Shown: positions 7,447-16,020 of the stretch, piece after piece
Layout: each line of letters begins with the position of its first letter
Numbering within the stretch: the first letter of the stretch is position 1
DNA from: Nanobdellota archaeon
Lineage (GTDB): Archaea; Nanobdellota; Nanobdellia; Woesearchaeales; GW2011-AR9
Direction: 5' to 3'
NCBI GenBank assembly: GCA_018812765.1
Contig: JAHJDB010000013.1
Location: 1-33,546, forward strand
Length of the DNA stretch: 33,546 nt
Program-made: the position numbers and the translations under genes
Notes under the pieces: generated by a model
Seen by the model: the letters and a program-made list of their open reading frames with translations, nothing else
Told to the model about the DNA's origin: nothing
The model's database searches: none

Positions 7447-7866
7447 CTAAAGTTCAAAAATATTTTTTCGGATTAAAGTTGACTTGTATTTTTCAGCGTG
7501 ATAAGGCTTCATCCTTCTTATTTCAGGATCAAGGTTAAGTTCATTCAGCCTTTCTTTTAATTCCTCTTCCTTGATTTTATGATCATAACCTAGACAGATC
7601 AAATCAGGTTTTTTCTCTAAAATTATTTTGAAATGGTTCTCCAAAGAACCTAAAACGGCTTCATCAACCATCTTCAGACTTTGAATGATTTCCAGCCTTT
7701 CTCCTTCAGAAAAGATTAATTTTTTACTCTCCTTTTCTTTGGTTTTGTCTCTAGCAATTACAACGATTAAATAATGGCCTAGTTTCTTAGCCTCTTTTAA
7801 GTAATTTAAATGACCTAAATGGAGAAGATCAAAAGTACCAAAACACATCACTTTATTTTTTTTCAT
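7447..7866 (-). CDS. ribL: Cytidylyltransferase-fold nucleotidyltransferase, most like archaeal FAD synthetase RibL
   Basis: 139 aa. GTFDLLHLGHLNYL (HxGH) and IVVIARD match M. jannaschii RibL as I recall it. A TagD-like enzyme cannot be excluded. Confidence 0.6.
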   Translation of the reverse strand: MKKNKVMCFGTFDLLHLGHLNYLKEAKKLGHYLIVVIARDKTKEKESKKLIFSEGERLEIIQSLKMVDEAVLGSLENHFKIILEKKPDLICLGYDHKIKEEELKERLNELNLDPEIRRMKPYHAEKYKSTLIRKNIFEL

Positions 7867-7927
7867 GTTACTTTTTTAATTCCAATTAAAGGTTATTTTC
7901 TTTTTTGTGTTAAATTACTTCTCTATT

Positions 7928-10087
7928 TTATTTATCTATCAAATGAGCTTTTTTTATGATTAATCTAGCAGTATTCTGGTCTTCTTCAAGAACCTCTACT
8001 TTTTCAAGAACCAGAGCTTTTTTGAATAAAGGGCAGTCCAACACTAAAGATTCGAATTCCCCACCTTCGCCAGCCTGATGGAAGCCAAATTTTTTGTTTA
8101 GTTTTTTTAGTTCCTCCAATTCTTTCTGGGTGATTATCTTGTTTAACCAGGATTTATCTAAACCTTCTGCTGCCACTGAAGTCATCATAAATTTAAAATC
8201 GTGATCTAATAATTCCTGCATCAACTGTTCTTGAGGTTTATGCCATAAAGGAGAAAAGATTTTCAGACCTAATTGGTCACCTGTTTTTTCAATCCGGTCT
8301 CTTTGATAGGTTGAAAAAACTGCTCCGGTGATGAGGCCGTTAATCTGATGTTTTTTCTTGGCTGTAAGGAGAGCTTGTTCCAGGTCTTTCAATTCAACTT
8401 CTTTTTTTCCTTCTGTTTCCTGGATGATGATGGGAAGCTGCAGGGCTTCTGCCTGTAACTCTGCTAACTCTATAGCGGGAGTGTGGAACAGGTAAGAATC
8501 AGGATTCTTGGATTTGAGAGTAATAAGACAAGAAAGCTGATAATTCTGTTTCTGCATAATGTAAGCAGAATAAGTTGAATCTTTCCCACCAGAAAAAAGG
8601 ACCCCTAACCGGAGATTATGTTCAGGATAGAAAGTCTTAAGATAAGATGATTTAGAAGAAAAACCAGTTTGTTTAGCTAATCTTCCTAAAGCATAATCAA
8701 ACCTAGATCCATACTGGGCAGCAGTCTTTTTTCGGAAAGAAAATTCTTCTGGAATTTTTTTTGATAAAGAAATCTCACGAAGAATAAATTTTGAAACATT
8801 GTCTTTAACCTTATACTTCTCAGGAATCTTTAGAGCATAATCAACTAGCCTCTTATCTAAAAAAGGAAGACGCAGCTCTAAGTTATTGTCCATGGTAAGC
8901 ACATCATCTCGATAAAGATCTCTTTCATACATCTTTCTTAATCCAGAAAGACATTCTTGGTTAATGTTAGAAGAATTTTTATGACGTTCATAGCCGGCAA
9001 AAATCTCCTCGCTCCCTAGTCCTGAAAAAATAATTTTACAGCCATCTTCTTTAGCTAATTCGCAAGCAAGGTAAAACGTTAAAGCTACCCCTACCTTGAC
9101 AACATTAGAATCTTCTATCAAGGGAATTATTTTTTTCAGATATATGGGTAAATCTTGCACTTTGATTTTTTTTATTTTTAAGTCTAAACCAAATTCTTCT
9201 GAAGCTTTTTTAGCATAAACTAAATCTGAAGGAAGAACAGTAGAAAGACTTTCCTCCGTTTCCAAGACAGCAGTATAACAAGTAAAATCATATCTCTGAT
9301 CCTTAAAATATTTGGCTAAATAAGTAGAGTCTATTCCTCCTGAAAACAATAAGCCGAATTTCTTGGAGGGAATTCTTTTTCTGATTGCTTCGTCTAAAAG
9401 AGCTTGAGTTTTTTTTTTAAATTCTACATAACTGTCTTTATGTTCAGGCAGATAACTAAAAAAACCTCTTAATAAAAATTGGATCTCTCTCTTCTTCAGA
9501 TCATAAACTATCATCTGTCTAGGGTTAAGTTCTTGAATATCCAAATACCCTATCTTCTCTAAAGCTTTCCTCTCTGAAGCGAAAGCAAAATTATCTGAGC
9601 CCTGAGAAAACCATAAAGGCTTTACTCCCATCAGGTCCCTCGCTAAATAAACCCGGTCATCGTCCCAATAAGCAAAAGCATAAACTCCATCAAGTTCATC
9701 AAGTTTCTGCAGTTTAAATTTATCTAAAAACTGTAATAACAGTTCAGCATCATTTTTAGAATTAAAACCGTATTTCTCATTAAGCTCTTTCCAGTTATAA
9801 ATTTCACAATTAGCCGTAAGTGTTCCTTTGCCTTTAATGGGCTGAGGAATATGGTCAACAATTGCATGTAAGGAATGTCCTAAAAAGTTTGGAGGGGTTT
9901 CTGTTGTTTCCTTTGATTCTTTTTTTTCTTTTGGTTCTTTAAAGTTTTTTAAGTCCTGATCATGTTGAAGATAGCTTAAAGAAGAAATACCAAAACCGTC
10001 TTTTCCGCGATTCTTTAAAACAGCTAAAGCTGTCTTTACTTGCTTAAACGCGTCCTGGTTGTTGAAAACTCCAACTATTCCACACAT
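7928..10087 (-). CDS. Fusion: class-II glutamine amidotransferase + asparagine-synthase-type PP-loop domain + second PP-loop ATP-pyrophosphatase domain (MJ0570/Dph6-like)
   Basis: MCGIVG with catalytic Cys2, and NCEIYN. First PP-loop LLFSGGIDST is encoded near 9325-9355. AsnB-like LRLPFLD is present. Second PP-loop VLFSGGKDST is encoded near 8575-8600. The C-terminal ~230 aa contain EGGEFES. Confidence 0.75.
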   Translation of the reverse strand: MCGIVGVFNNQDAFKQVKTALAVLKNRGKDGFGISSLSYLQHDQDLKNFKEPKEKKESKETTETPPNFLGHSLHAIVDHIPQPIKGKGTLTANCEIYNWKELNEKYGFNSKNDAELLLQFLDKFKLQKLDELDGVYAFAYWDDDRVYLARDLMGVKPLWFSQGSDNFAFASERKALEKIGYLDIQELNPRQMIVYDLKKREIQFLLRGFFSYLPEHKDSYVEFKKKTQALLDEAIRKRIPSKKFGLLFSGGIDSTYLAKYFKDQRYDFTCYTAVLETEESLSTVLPSDLVYAKKASEEFGLDLKIKKIKVQDLPIYLKKIIPLIEDSNVVKVGVALTFYLACELAKEDGCKIIFSGLGSEEIFAGYERHKNSSNINQECLSGLRKMYERDLYRDDVLTMDNNLELRLPFLDKRLVDYALKIPEKYKVKDNVSKFILREISLSKKIPEEFSFRKKTAAQYGSRFDYALGRLAKQTGFSSKSSYLKTFYPEHNLRLGVLFSGGKDSTYSAYIMQKQNYQLSCLITLKSKNPDSYLFHTPAIELAELQAEALQLPIIIQETEGKKEVELKDLEQALLTAKKKHQINGLITGAVFSTYQRDRIEKTGDQLGLKIFSPLWHKPQEQLMQELLDHDFKFMMTSVAAEGLDKSWLNKIITQKELEELKKLNKKFGFHQAGEGGEFESLVLDCPLFKKALVLEKVEVLEEDQNTARLIIKKAHLIDK

Positions 10088-10437
10088 GGGTTGGTTTTGG
10101 GGTGTATTTTTATAAAGTTTTACTTCTTTTTTATGACAAGAGGAAAATATGTTTTAAAGAACAATAATCCTAAAAAAACAATTTCTAGAAACAAGAAACA
10201 ATAAGGCTTAGATTAAAGGTAGGTTAATAATGATTTTAAGGACACAAAAAAGTGAAAAAAATATGAAAAACAGGAAAAACGTTTGCGGGACTAATAATAA
10301 AGATAAAGAATTTTTTAAACTTATCTACTAAAAAAACAGCTGTATCAATATTTATTCTTGGTAACAGTAATGTTTATATTTGAAGTTGCATTCTTTTATC
10401 TTATTAGAATCTATAGAATCTTTAAAGGGGTGTATAC

Positions 10438-13212
10438 ATGGGGAAAAAAAAGACTGATGTTAGGGTTCTAAACAAAAATGGAACCCTCTTAGATATAATT
10501 AAAGAATTCACCGGCTACAAAGGAACAGCAACCACTCGTCTTTTTCTTTCTGAATTAGGTTATGGCACCAGATTTTCTGATCCTAGAATCGCTGAAGGGC
10601 TTAACACCTGGCTGAATGTTAATGGATATAGTAACCAGATTAATCATTTGATTATCAGCGGAGGAATCTTCCCAGAATTCCCCCCTCTTTATAGCGTAGG
10701 TAATGCCGAAAGGATGCGGCTTCTTGATCAAGACCCAGAGAAAAAAGAAACTCCTACCTCCCCGAGAATTGAAAACTTATTTGAACACTTATTAGGCCCT
10801 AAAGATGCCGCCAATTTTGCTGAATATCGAAAGAAATGGTTGACTGGAAAAATTAATACTTGGGAAGATTGTAAGCAGATGGCTAGCAAACAACTAGAGA
10901 CTACCCTTTCAGGAATGGAAATCTCCCGGATAGATTATTGCCACGGTGATGAAGATAGATTTAACATGAGGTACGAGGAAGAATTAAAAGTTAATCGCTT
11001 GGCAAAAGAAGCAAGAGGATACATTAAAAGCCTTAAGGATCAGTTGAAAGAACTAGAAAAAGAAGTAGTTGTTTACAGCAGAGAAAGGGCCGACGAAAGT
11101 GTAAAATTTGCTAAGATTAATGTGGAACTTAGCGTCCTTAAATCTATTAAACCCAAGCTTACTAAACACTTAAGATCTAAAAAACCAAAAGTGAAAGAAT
11201 TCATTAATCGCTTGATCTCAGAAAATGAAGACGGACTTTTCCAAGATTTAAATCAAAAACAGAAAGACGATCTTAGACGCAGATTAAAGACAATAGAAGA
11301 TGAAACTTCTTTCAATGTACTTTACCAAGATAAGGCAGACGTAACGAAAAATTCAGAGACCAAACGTAAAGAAGCGGGTAAAAACCTTAATGATACAAAT
11401 AAAAAGATAAAACCTTTAGAAGAAGAGATTTCGGTAATTGAAAGACAGCTTGAACAAGGTGATGCTATAACTATCTTCACTAAAAGAGCAAGAATCAGCC
11501 CTATTGAAGCGGAATGGATGTATAAAAGTGTTAAAGATCAATATATCAAGGATCTCTTTGATTGTTTTCCTGAAAAATACCGTGATCGTTTAACAACGCA
11601 TGTAAGTGGATCTGCAAAATTGATTAATATTACTTATGGAGAAGGGAAAGATGACATCCTTAAAGAAGCAGATTTAAATGTGATTAATGGAAATATCCTC
11701 GTTATGCATAATACTCGCTTCAGCAGTAATGCAACCTCCCTTAACGGGTTAAGTGATGCTCAGCAAGAATTACTATGGAGAAAAGCATTGGAAAAAATAG
11801 TCCATGAATCAAAAGGCCTTATCCCTGAAACAATTGTTATCGCTCATGGAGCCGGAGGTTTAGGTGTCACTAGAGTGAATGCCTCTCCAGAGTTTAAAGC
11901 TCTTGATGGAAGTTACCGGGAAGAACCTGCCATAGTTACAATCATGACTTTACCAACTATGCATTCTACAGATAAGTTGTTGAAGTTTTATGATAAAGGA
12001 ATGAACAAAAATTGGGGTACAAAACGGTTTGCAAAAAAAATGCATGGAACTGGACCGGTAATAGAAACTATTCTTGAAGACGGAAGCATCATCCCTTTTA
12101 CTATTGATGATTCAAGTTTGATGAAGATTGCTGATCAGAAACGCAAGATGGAAACATTTAAAAAAGAAAGTCCAAAATATAAAGCTGAAGAAGAAAAACT
12201 TCGCCAGATGTGTTCGTTGATGCCAAAAATTAAGGCCATGCTTTCTGATATCCATATCGGCGCCCCTAATTTTGCGGGTACTCCTTCCAATTATGAACGA
12301 TTCAATAGATCCATCAATTATTTAGCTACAAATTATAATAATCTTGATGAATTGATCTTGTCAGAAGTTCCTGACGGAGTTTTGCCTCATACAGAATCAG
12401 ATCGAAAGTTTATGGGAACTCCTTTACCAAAGTTAAGAGAAGAGATTACTGATTATTTGAAAAAAAATCTTCTTGCAAAAGGAGATCAAGTAAGCACAGA
12501 AGATTATTCGGCAGCTCTTGATAGGGTGATCGATTTATTCACCAATTCTTTATCCCAAAACGCTTTGCCTAACCTAGATCAGCAATACGAAGCGATTCGC
12601 CCTTATATTGAAAGAATGGTGAAAGAAATTGCTCCTAACCAAACTACTTTAATGTCCGGAAACCACGCTCGTTCAAGAGAGGGAGCTGATGAAGGGACAA
12701 GATTAGCAGGAATTGTCCGAGAGTATGACAATGAGAATAAAATAAAGATTGTTGTTTCTGATGCTATCGGCCATAAGTTTGGAGGACAAGGAGGAGTAAA
12801 AGAACAAGGTACAGGAAAATTTATCGGGTATCATCATGAACCAGAAGGCGGAAAAAATGCTCTTCCTAGAACTCTTAGCCATCTCTTGTCAAGCAACTAT
12901 GGTTATGATGAATTCTTTACAGGACACATCCATACCCCTTATGTGGGATATGCTAACGGCGTTGCTGTAACTATTGCTCCGGCTTGTGAAGGGCCTACTG
13001 ATTATTCAATCAAACTTCCGGTCGCTTCCTCACCTTACGGAACGATAATTAAGTTCTCTAACGCTGCTCCCATCGGACATCCTGCTAATGAAATTATTTG
13101 GCATGCTTGGCATTTTGTAAATGATAATACTTTAGAAAGAGCAGAGTATAAAAACGATAAGCTTGATAACTTATTAGAGAAACTGGCTGCTCCAGGAAAA
13201 AAGAAACTATAA
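10438..13212 (+). CDS. 924-aa protein with a C-terminal calcineurin-like metallophosphoesterase domain, a degenerate N-terminal copy and a coiled-coil insert; function unknown
   Basis: Motifs LSDIHIG (D at 12247), SGNHA (12658-12669) and TGHIHTP (12922-12933). The N-terminal half aligns by eye but with motif loss (LSELGYG, IAHGAGG). A K/E-rich heptad-like region spans about aa 175-345 (10960-11473). SD AGGGGTG lies at 10426-10432. Confidence 0.55.
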   Translation: MGKKKTDVRVLNKNGTLLDIIKEFTGYKGTATTRLFLSELGYGTRFSDPRIAEGLNTWLNVNGYSNQINHLIISGGIFPEFPPLYSVGNAERMRLLDQDPEKKETPTSPRIENLFEHLLGPKDAANFAEYRKKWLTGKINTWEDCKQMASKQLETTLSGMEISRIDYCHGDEDRFNMRYEEELKVNRLAKEARGYIKSLKDQLKELEKEVVVYSRERADESVKFAKINVELSVLKSIKPKLTKHLRSKKPKVKEFINRLISENEDGLFQDLNQKQKDDLRRRLKTIEDETSFNVLYQDKADVTKNSETKRKEAGKNLNDTNKKIKPLEEEISVIERQLEQGDAITIFTKRARISPIEAEWMYKSVKDQYIKDLFDCFPEKYRDRLTTHVSGSAKLINITYGEGKDDILKEADLNVINGNILVMHNTRFSSNATSLNGLSDAQQELLWRKALEKIVHESKGLIPETIVIAHGAGGLGVTRVNASPEFKALDGSYREEPAIVTIMTLPTMHSTDKLLKFYDKGMNKNWGTKRFAKKMHGTGPVIETILEDGSIIPFTIDDSSLMKIADQKRKMETFKKESPKYKAEEEKLRQMCSLMPKIKAMLSDIHIGAPNFAGTPSNYERFNRSINYLATNYNNLDELILSEVPDGVLPHTESDRKFMGTPLPKLREEITDYLKKNLLAKGDQVSTEDYSAALDRVIDLFTNSLSQNALPNLDQQYEAIRPYIERMVKEIAPNQTTLMSGNHARSREGADEGTRLAGIVREYDNENKIKIVVSDAIGHKFGGQGGVKEQGTGKFIGYHHEPEGGKNALPRTLSHLLSSNYGYDEFFTGHIHTPYVGYANGVAVTIAPACEGPTDYSIKLPVASSPYGTIIKFSNAAPIGHPANEIIWHAWHFVNDNTLERAEYKNDKLDNLLEKLAAPGKKKL

Positions 13213-13255
13213 AACAAAACCAAAACACTAAAGTTGATAGGTAAATTTGGTAGAT

Positions 13256-14353
13256 TTAGGTTATATGAATCTCTAAAACGTCTGTGTCTGTTAATTTATG
13301 GCCGAGCATCAATTTCTGGCCAGGAAATTTTACAGAAGGCCCCCAGACCCTTGCAAATTTGAATTTCTTGACAAAGTCCTTATGTAATTTATTACATACA
13401 TCTCTGATAGTAGAATTGCGCTTGATAATCAAAGGTTTATTTAAATCGGCTTCTTTTTTTGGTTCTTTCAAGTAGACTCTGATAAAGTCAAGTTTTCGAA
13501 AGATCACTTCTTTTAAAGCCTCAATATTAAGGTCTTGTTCAGCAGAGATTACAATATCTGCATTGGTCTCTTTCTTCACTTTAGAGATTGTTGAAGCGTC
13601 TGCAAGATCGGCTTTCGTTATGCAAGTGATTGCGGGAAGATATTTTTTGTTTCCTTCAATACAGTCTATTAAATCGTCTACGTCAATAGGACTTCTAATC
13701 AAGACTTCAGCACTAACAATCTTAAATTCTCTCAAAACCTGTTGAATGGTCTTATCTTCAATGCTTAAAGGAACAGTTTTTCCTACTTGGATCCCCCCTT
13801 TAGATTTTTTCTTGATAAAAACTTCAGGTTTAGTCTTGTTCATCCTAATCCGGGACTCCCAAACTTCTTTAAGGATGGCGGGGTAATGCTCAGGATGGTT
13901 TACATCGATAACCATCAAAACCAAATCAGCATTATGAATTACTGCTAAAACTTCCTTACCTCTTCCCTTGCCAGAAGCTGCTCCGGAAACAATGCCGGGA
14001 ACATCAAGGATCTGAATTTTAGCTTGTTTATAGTCCATCATTCCAGGAATCACAGTAAGAGTAGTAAAAGCATATGCAGCAACCTCGGAATTTGTCCCAG
14101 CAAGCTTGTTCAATAAAGTAGATTTACCGGCAGAAGGAAAACCTAATAATAAAACTGTTCCATCTCCTGATCTTCTTACAGCATAACCATAATCAGACCT
14201 TCCGGTCTTTTGTTGTGAACGAGATTCTTGTCTCTCTTTTAACTGGGCAATCTTAGCTTTGACTATCCCGATATGTCCCTGGGTAGCCTTATTATATTTA
14301 GTTTTCTTCAGCTCATCTTCCAGTTCCTTAATTTTGTTGTTATAATCAACCAT
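13256..14353 (-). CDS. DRG-family (Obg-like) GTP-binding protein with C-terminal TGS domain
   Basis: G1 motif GFPSAGKST, G3 motif DVPG, TKAD motif, and N-terminal coiled KATQGH segment. The 365-aa length is typical of archaeal DRG. Confidence 0.85.
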   Translation of the reverse strand: MVDYNNKIKELEDELKKTKYNKATQGHIGIVKAKIAQLKERQESRSQQKTGRSDYGYAVRRSGDGTVLLLGFPSAGKSTLLNKLAGTNSEVAAYAFTTLTVIPGMMDYKQAKIQILDVPGIVSGAASGKGRGKEVLAVIHNADLVLMVIDVNHPEHYPAILKEVWESRIRMNKTKPEVFIKKKSKGGIQVGKTVPLSIEDKTIQQVLREFKIVSAEVLIRSPIDVDDLIDCIEGNKKYLPAITCITKADLADASTISKVKKETNADIVISAEQDLNIEALKEVIFRKLDFIRVYLKEPKKEADLNKPLIIKRNSTIRDVCNKLHKDFVKKFKFARVWGPSVKFPGQKLMLGHKLTDTDVLEIHIT

Positions 14354-14542
14354 ATTATTTCTGTTGTATTTTTTTGAATATTTGGGATATATTTGTTGTA
14401 TTTCTGTTGTGGGTGTTTATTTAAAGGAGAGTTCTTTTCTTGGTTTTTAATTGTTTTTAATTATTTCTGTACAATTGAGAGGGATATACTTAGGCTATTA
14501 ATTTCCGTAATACTTATAAATAAAACCCCCTGTTTTGCAGTT

Positions 14543-15082
14543 ATGGTTAATGGAGTTGTAGAAACTGCAAATACTTACCTACAAAAGGTTGCAGTAGGTA
14601 TAGTTATCCTTTTAGGTGGATTTGCCTTAGGAATATTAACAAAAAAACTGCTACATAAAATTCTCAAAGAAATAGAACTTAATAAAATAATGGGTAAAGT
14701 AGGTGTGACCATAGACCTTGAAAGATGGGTTAGCAGCATTATTTCTTATGTCATCTATTTTTTCACGATTGTCTGGGTTTTAGATCACTTCCTGATAAGG
14801 TCTATTGTCTTATGGCTGGTAGCGGGAGCGGTATTGATGCTAGTCATCCTTACTTTCTTGGTAGGATTAAAAGACGTCATCCCTAACTTTATTGCTTGGC
14901 TGATCCTGCAAAAATCCGGCAACATTAAACCGGGAAGAAGAGTTGAAGTTAAAGAGATTTATGGGATGGTAGAAAAAGTAGGTTATCTAGAAACAGAAAT
15001 CAAGACAGAGAATGGCGATGTTCTTTACGTTCCTAACGCCTTATTCTTAAAATCAAAATTTAAAGTTAAGAAACATAATTGA
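14543..15082 (+). CDS. Small MscS-like mechanosensitive channel family membrane protein
   Basis: Three predicted TM helices followed by a beta-domain pattern GRRVEVKEIYGMVEKVGYLETEIKTENGDVLYVPN. ATG 14543 chosen as start; the track ORF begins at a TTG at 14393. Confidence 0.55.
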   Translation: MVNGVVETANTYLQKVAVGIVILLGGFALGILTKKLLHKILKEIELNKIMGKVGVTIDLERWVSSIISYVIYFFTIVWVLDHFLIRSIVLWLVAGAVLMLVILTFLVGLKDVIPNFIAWLILQKSGNIKPGRRVEVKEIYGMVEKVGYLETEIKTENGDVLYVPNALFLKSKFKVKKHN

Positions 15083-15119
15083 TGCGGCTTATTGAAACGG
15101 GGGATTTGTTTTTTATGAT

Positions 15120-15437
15120 TTATTTTTTATTTTTAAGTTCTTCAACCACTTCTTTTTGAAGAGTTTCAATGTCCACTTTAATCTTCTCTTCTTGTTTTGA
15201 AAAATTCTTTAAACGAATATCACAGATCTCTTTCTTATCGCTCAAATCTTTAGAAAGTTCTTCTCCATCGGCAGAAACCATAATATGCCCCATAATCTTG
15301 TAAGAATTAGTTGCTCCTTTCAAAGCTAACAAAGCAGACTCTAACTCAATCAGTTGATTTTGAATCTGTTGCCGCTGAGTTAAAACTGCTTGTAGATTCT
15401 GTTGTAATAACTGCAACTGATTTATTTTAGTGCTCAT
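15120..15437 (-). CDS. pfdB: Prefoldin beta subunit
   Basis: 105-aa two-coiled-coil protein (QLQLLQQNLQAV...IMV...IETLQKEV). It lies in the conserved archaeal rpl37ae-rpoP-pfdB neighbourhood. Confidence 0.8.
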   Translation of the reverse strand: MSTKINQLQLLQQNLQAVLTQRQQIQNQLIELESALLALKGATNSYKIMGHIMVSADGEELSKDLSDKKEICDIRLKNFSKQEEKIKVDIETLQKEVVEELKNKK

Positions 15438-15464
15438 TTTTAATTTTAATAATTTAAAAAAGAT

Positions 15465-15599
15465 TTACCTTGCTTTTACAGTCACTGTCTTACGGCGGTC
15501 TTTATATAAAACTTTTCCTCCGCAATAAGGGCAACGAATCTTTACTTTAGTGTACTCGTCTTCAACTTTTTTTCCACAATCAAAACAGATATAATACAT
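15465..15599 (-). CDS. rpoP: DNA-directed RNA polymerase subunit P (Rpo12)
   Basis: Not in the ORF track because it is below the length cutoff. My translation gives 44 aa: MYYICFDCGKKVEDEYTKVKIRCPYCGGKVLYKDRRKTVTVKAR. It has a CxxC...CxxC zinc ribbon and sits between rpl37ae and pfdB. Confidence 0.8.
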   Translation of the reverse strand: MYYICFDCGKKVEDEYTKVKIRCPYCGGKVLYKDRRKTVTVKAR

Positions 15600-15609
15600 T
15601 TTTCAAACC

Positions 15610-15813
15610 TCAAATAGAATAGGCCTTACCGGCAAATTTTGAATCGCATTTACGACATTGCCAGATACCTAAAGCTACCCGCTTTACGCCGTCTTTGTTA
15701 CAATAAGGACATTTATGCTTAGCCCTTTGTTGTGTTTCAATCAGAGAAAACTTATTTTTAAGGCTTCTACCATACCTTGGCCCGAACCTTTTAGTTGATG
15801 TTTTGGTTGACAT
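15610..15813 (-). CDS. rpl37ae: 50S ribosomal protein L37Ae (eL43)
   Basis: 67 aa with GPRYG, CPYC...CRKC zinc ribbon and FAGKAY. Confidence 0.9.
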   Translation of the reverse strand: MSTKTSTKRFGPRYGRSLKNKFSLIETQQRAKHKCPYCNKDGVKRVALGIWQCRKCDSKFAGKAYSI

Positions 15814-15872
15814 TTTTGGTTATTTATCTTGTTTATTTCCTATTTTTATTTTGTTTTTTGTTTAAGTATAAA

Positions 15873-15946
15873 TGGGGCTGCCCGGATTCGAACCGGGGTT
15901 CAATGGTCCCAAACCATTAGTGATAGCCAAGCTACACTACAGCCCC
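15873..15946 (-). tRNA. tRNA-Pro (anticodon UGG)
   Basis: The reverse complement folds as a 74-nt cloverleaf. Acceptor GGGGCTG/CAGCCCC, anticodon arm AATGG-TTTGGGA-CCATT, T-arm CCCGG-TTCGAAT-CCGGG, discriminator A, no encoded CCA. Confidence 0.88.
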
Positions 15947-16020
15947 AAAGGGGTATTTATAAAGCTTTTGTTATTTTTATTAAATTCGCCCCATTTTAAA
16001 AGGTTTATGGTGAAAATCAC

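Noticed and set aside
10438-13212. Assignment of the 924-aa protein as PolD small subunit (DP1) or as Mre11.
   Set aside because: It shares only the generic phosphoesterase motifs. I see no OB-fold region, no adjacent DP2 or rad50, the size is wrong, and motif II is altered. It is kept as an unknown phosphoesterase-fold protein.
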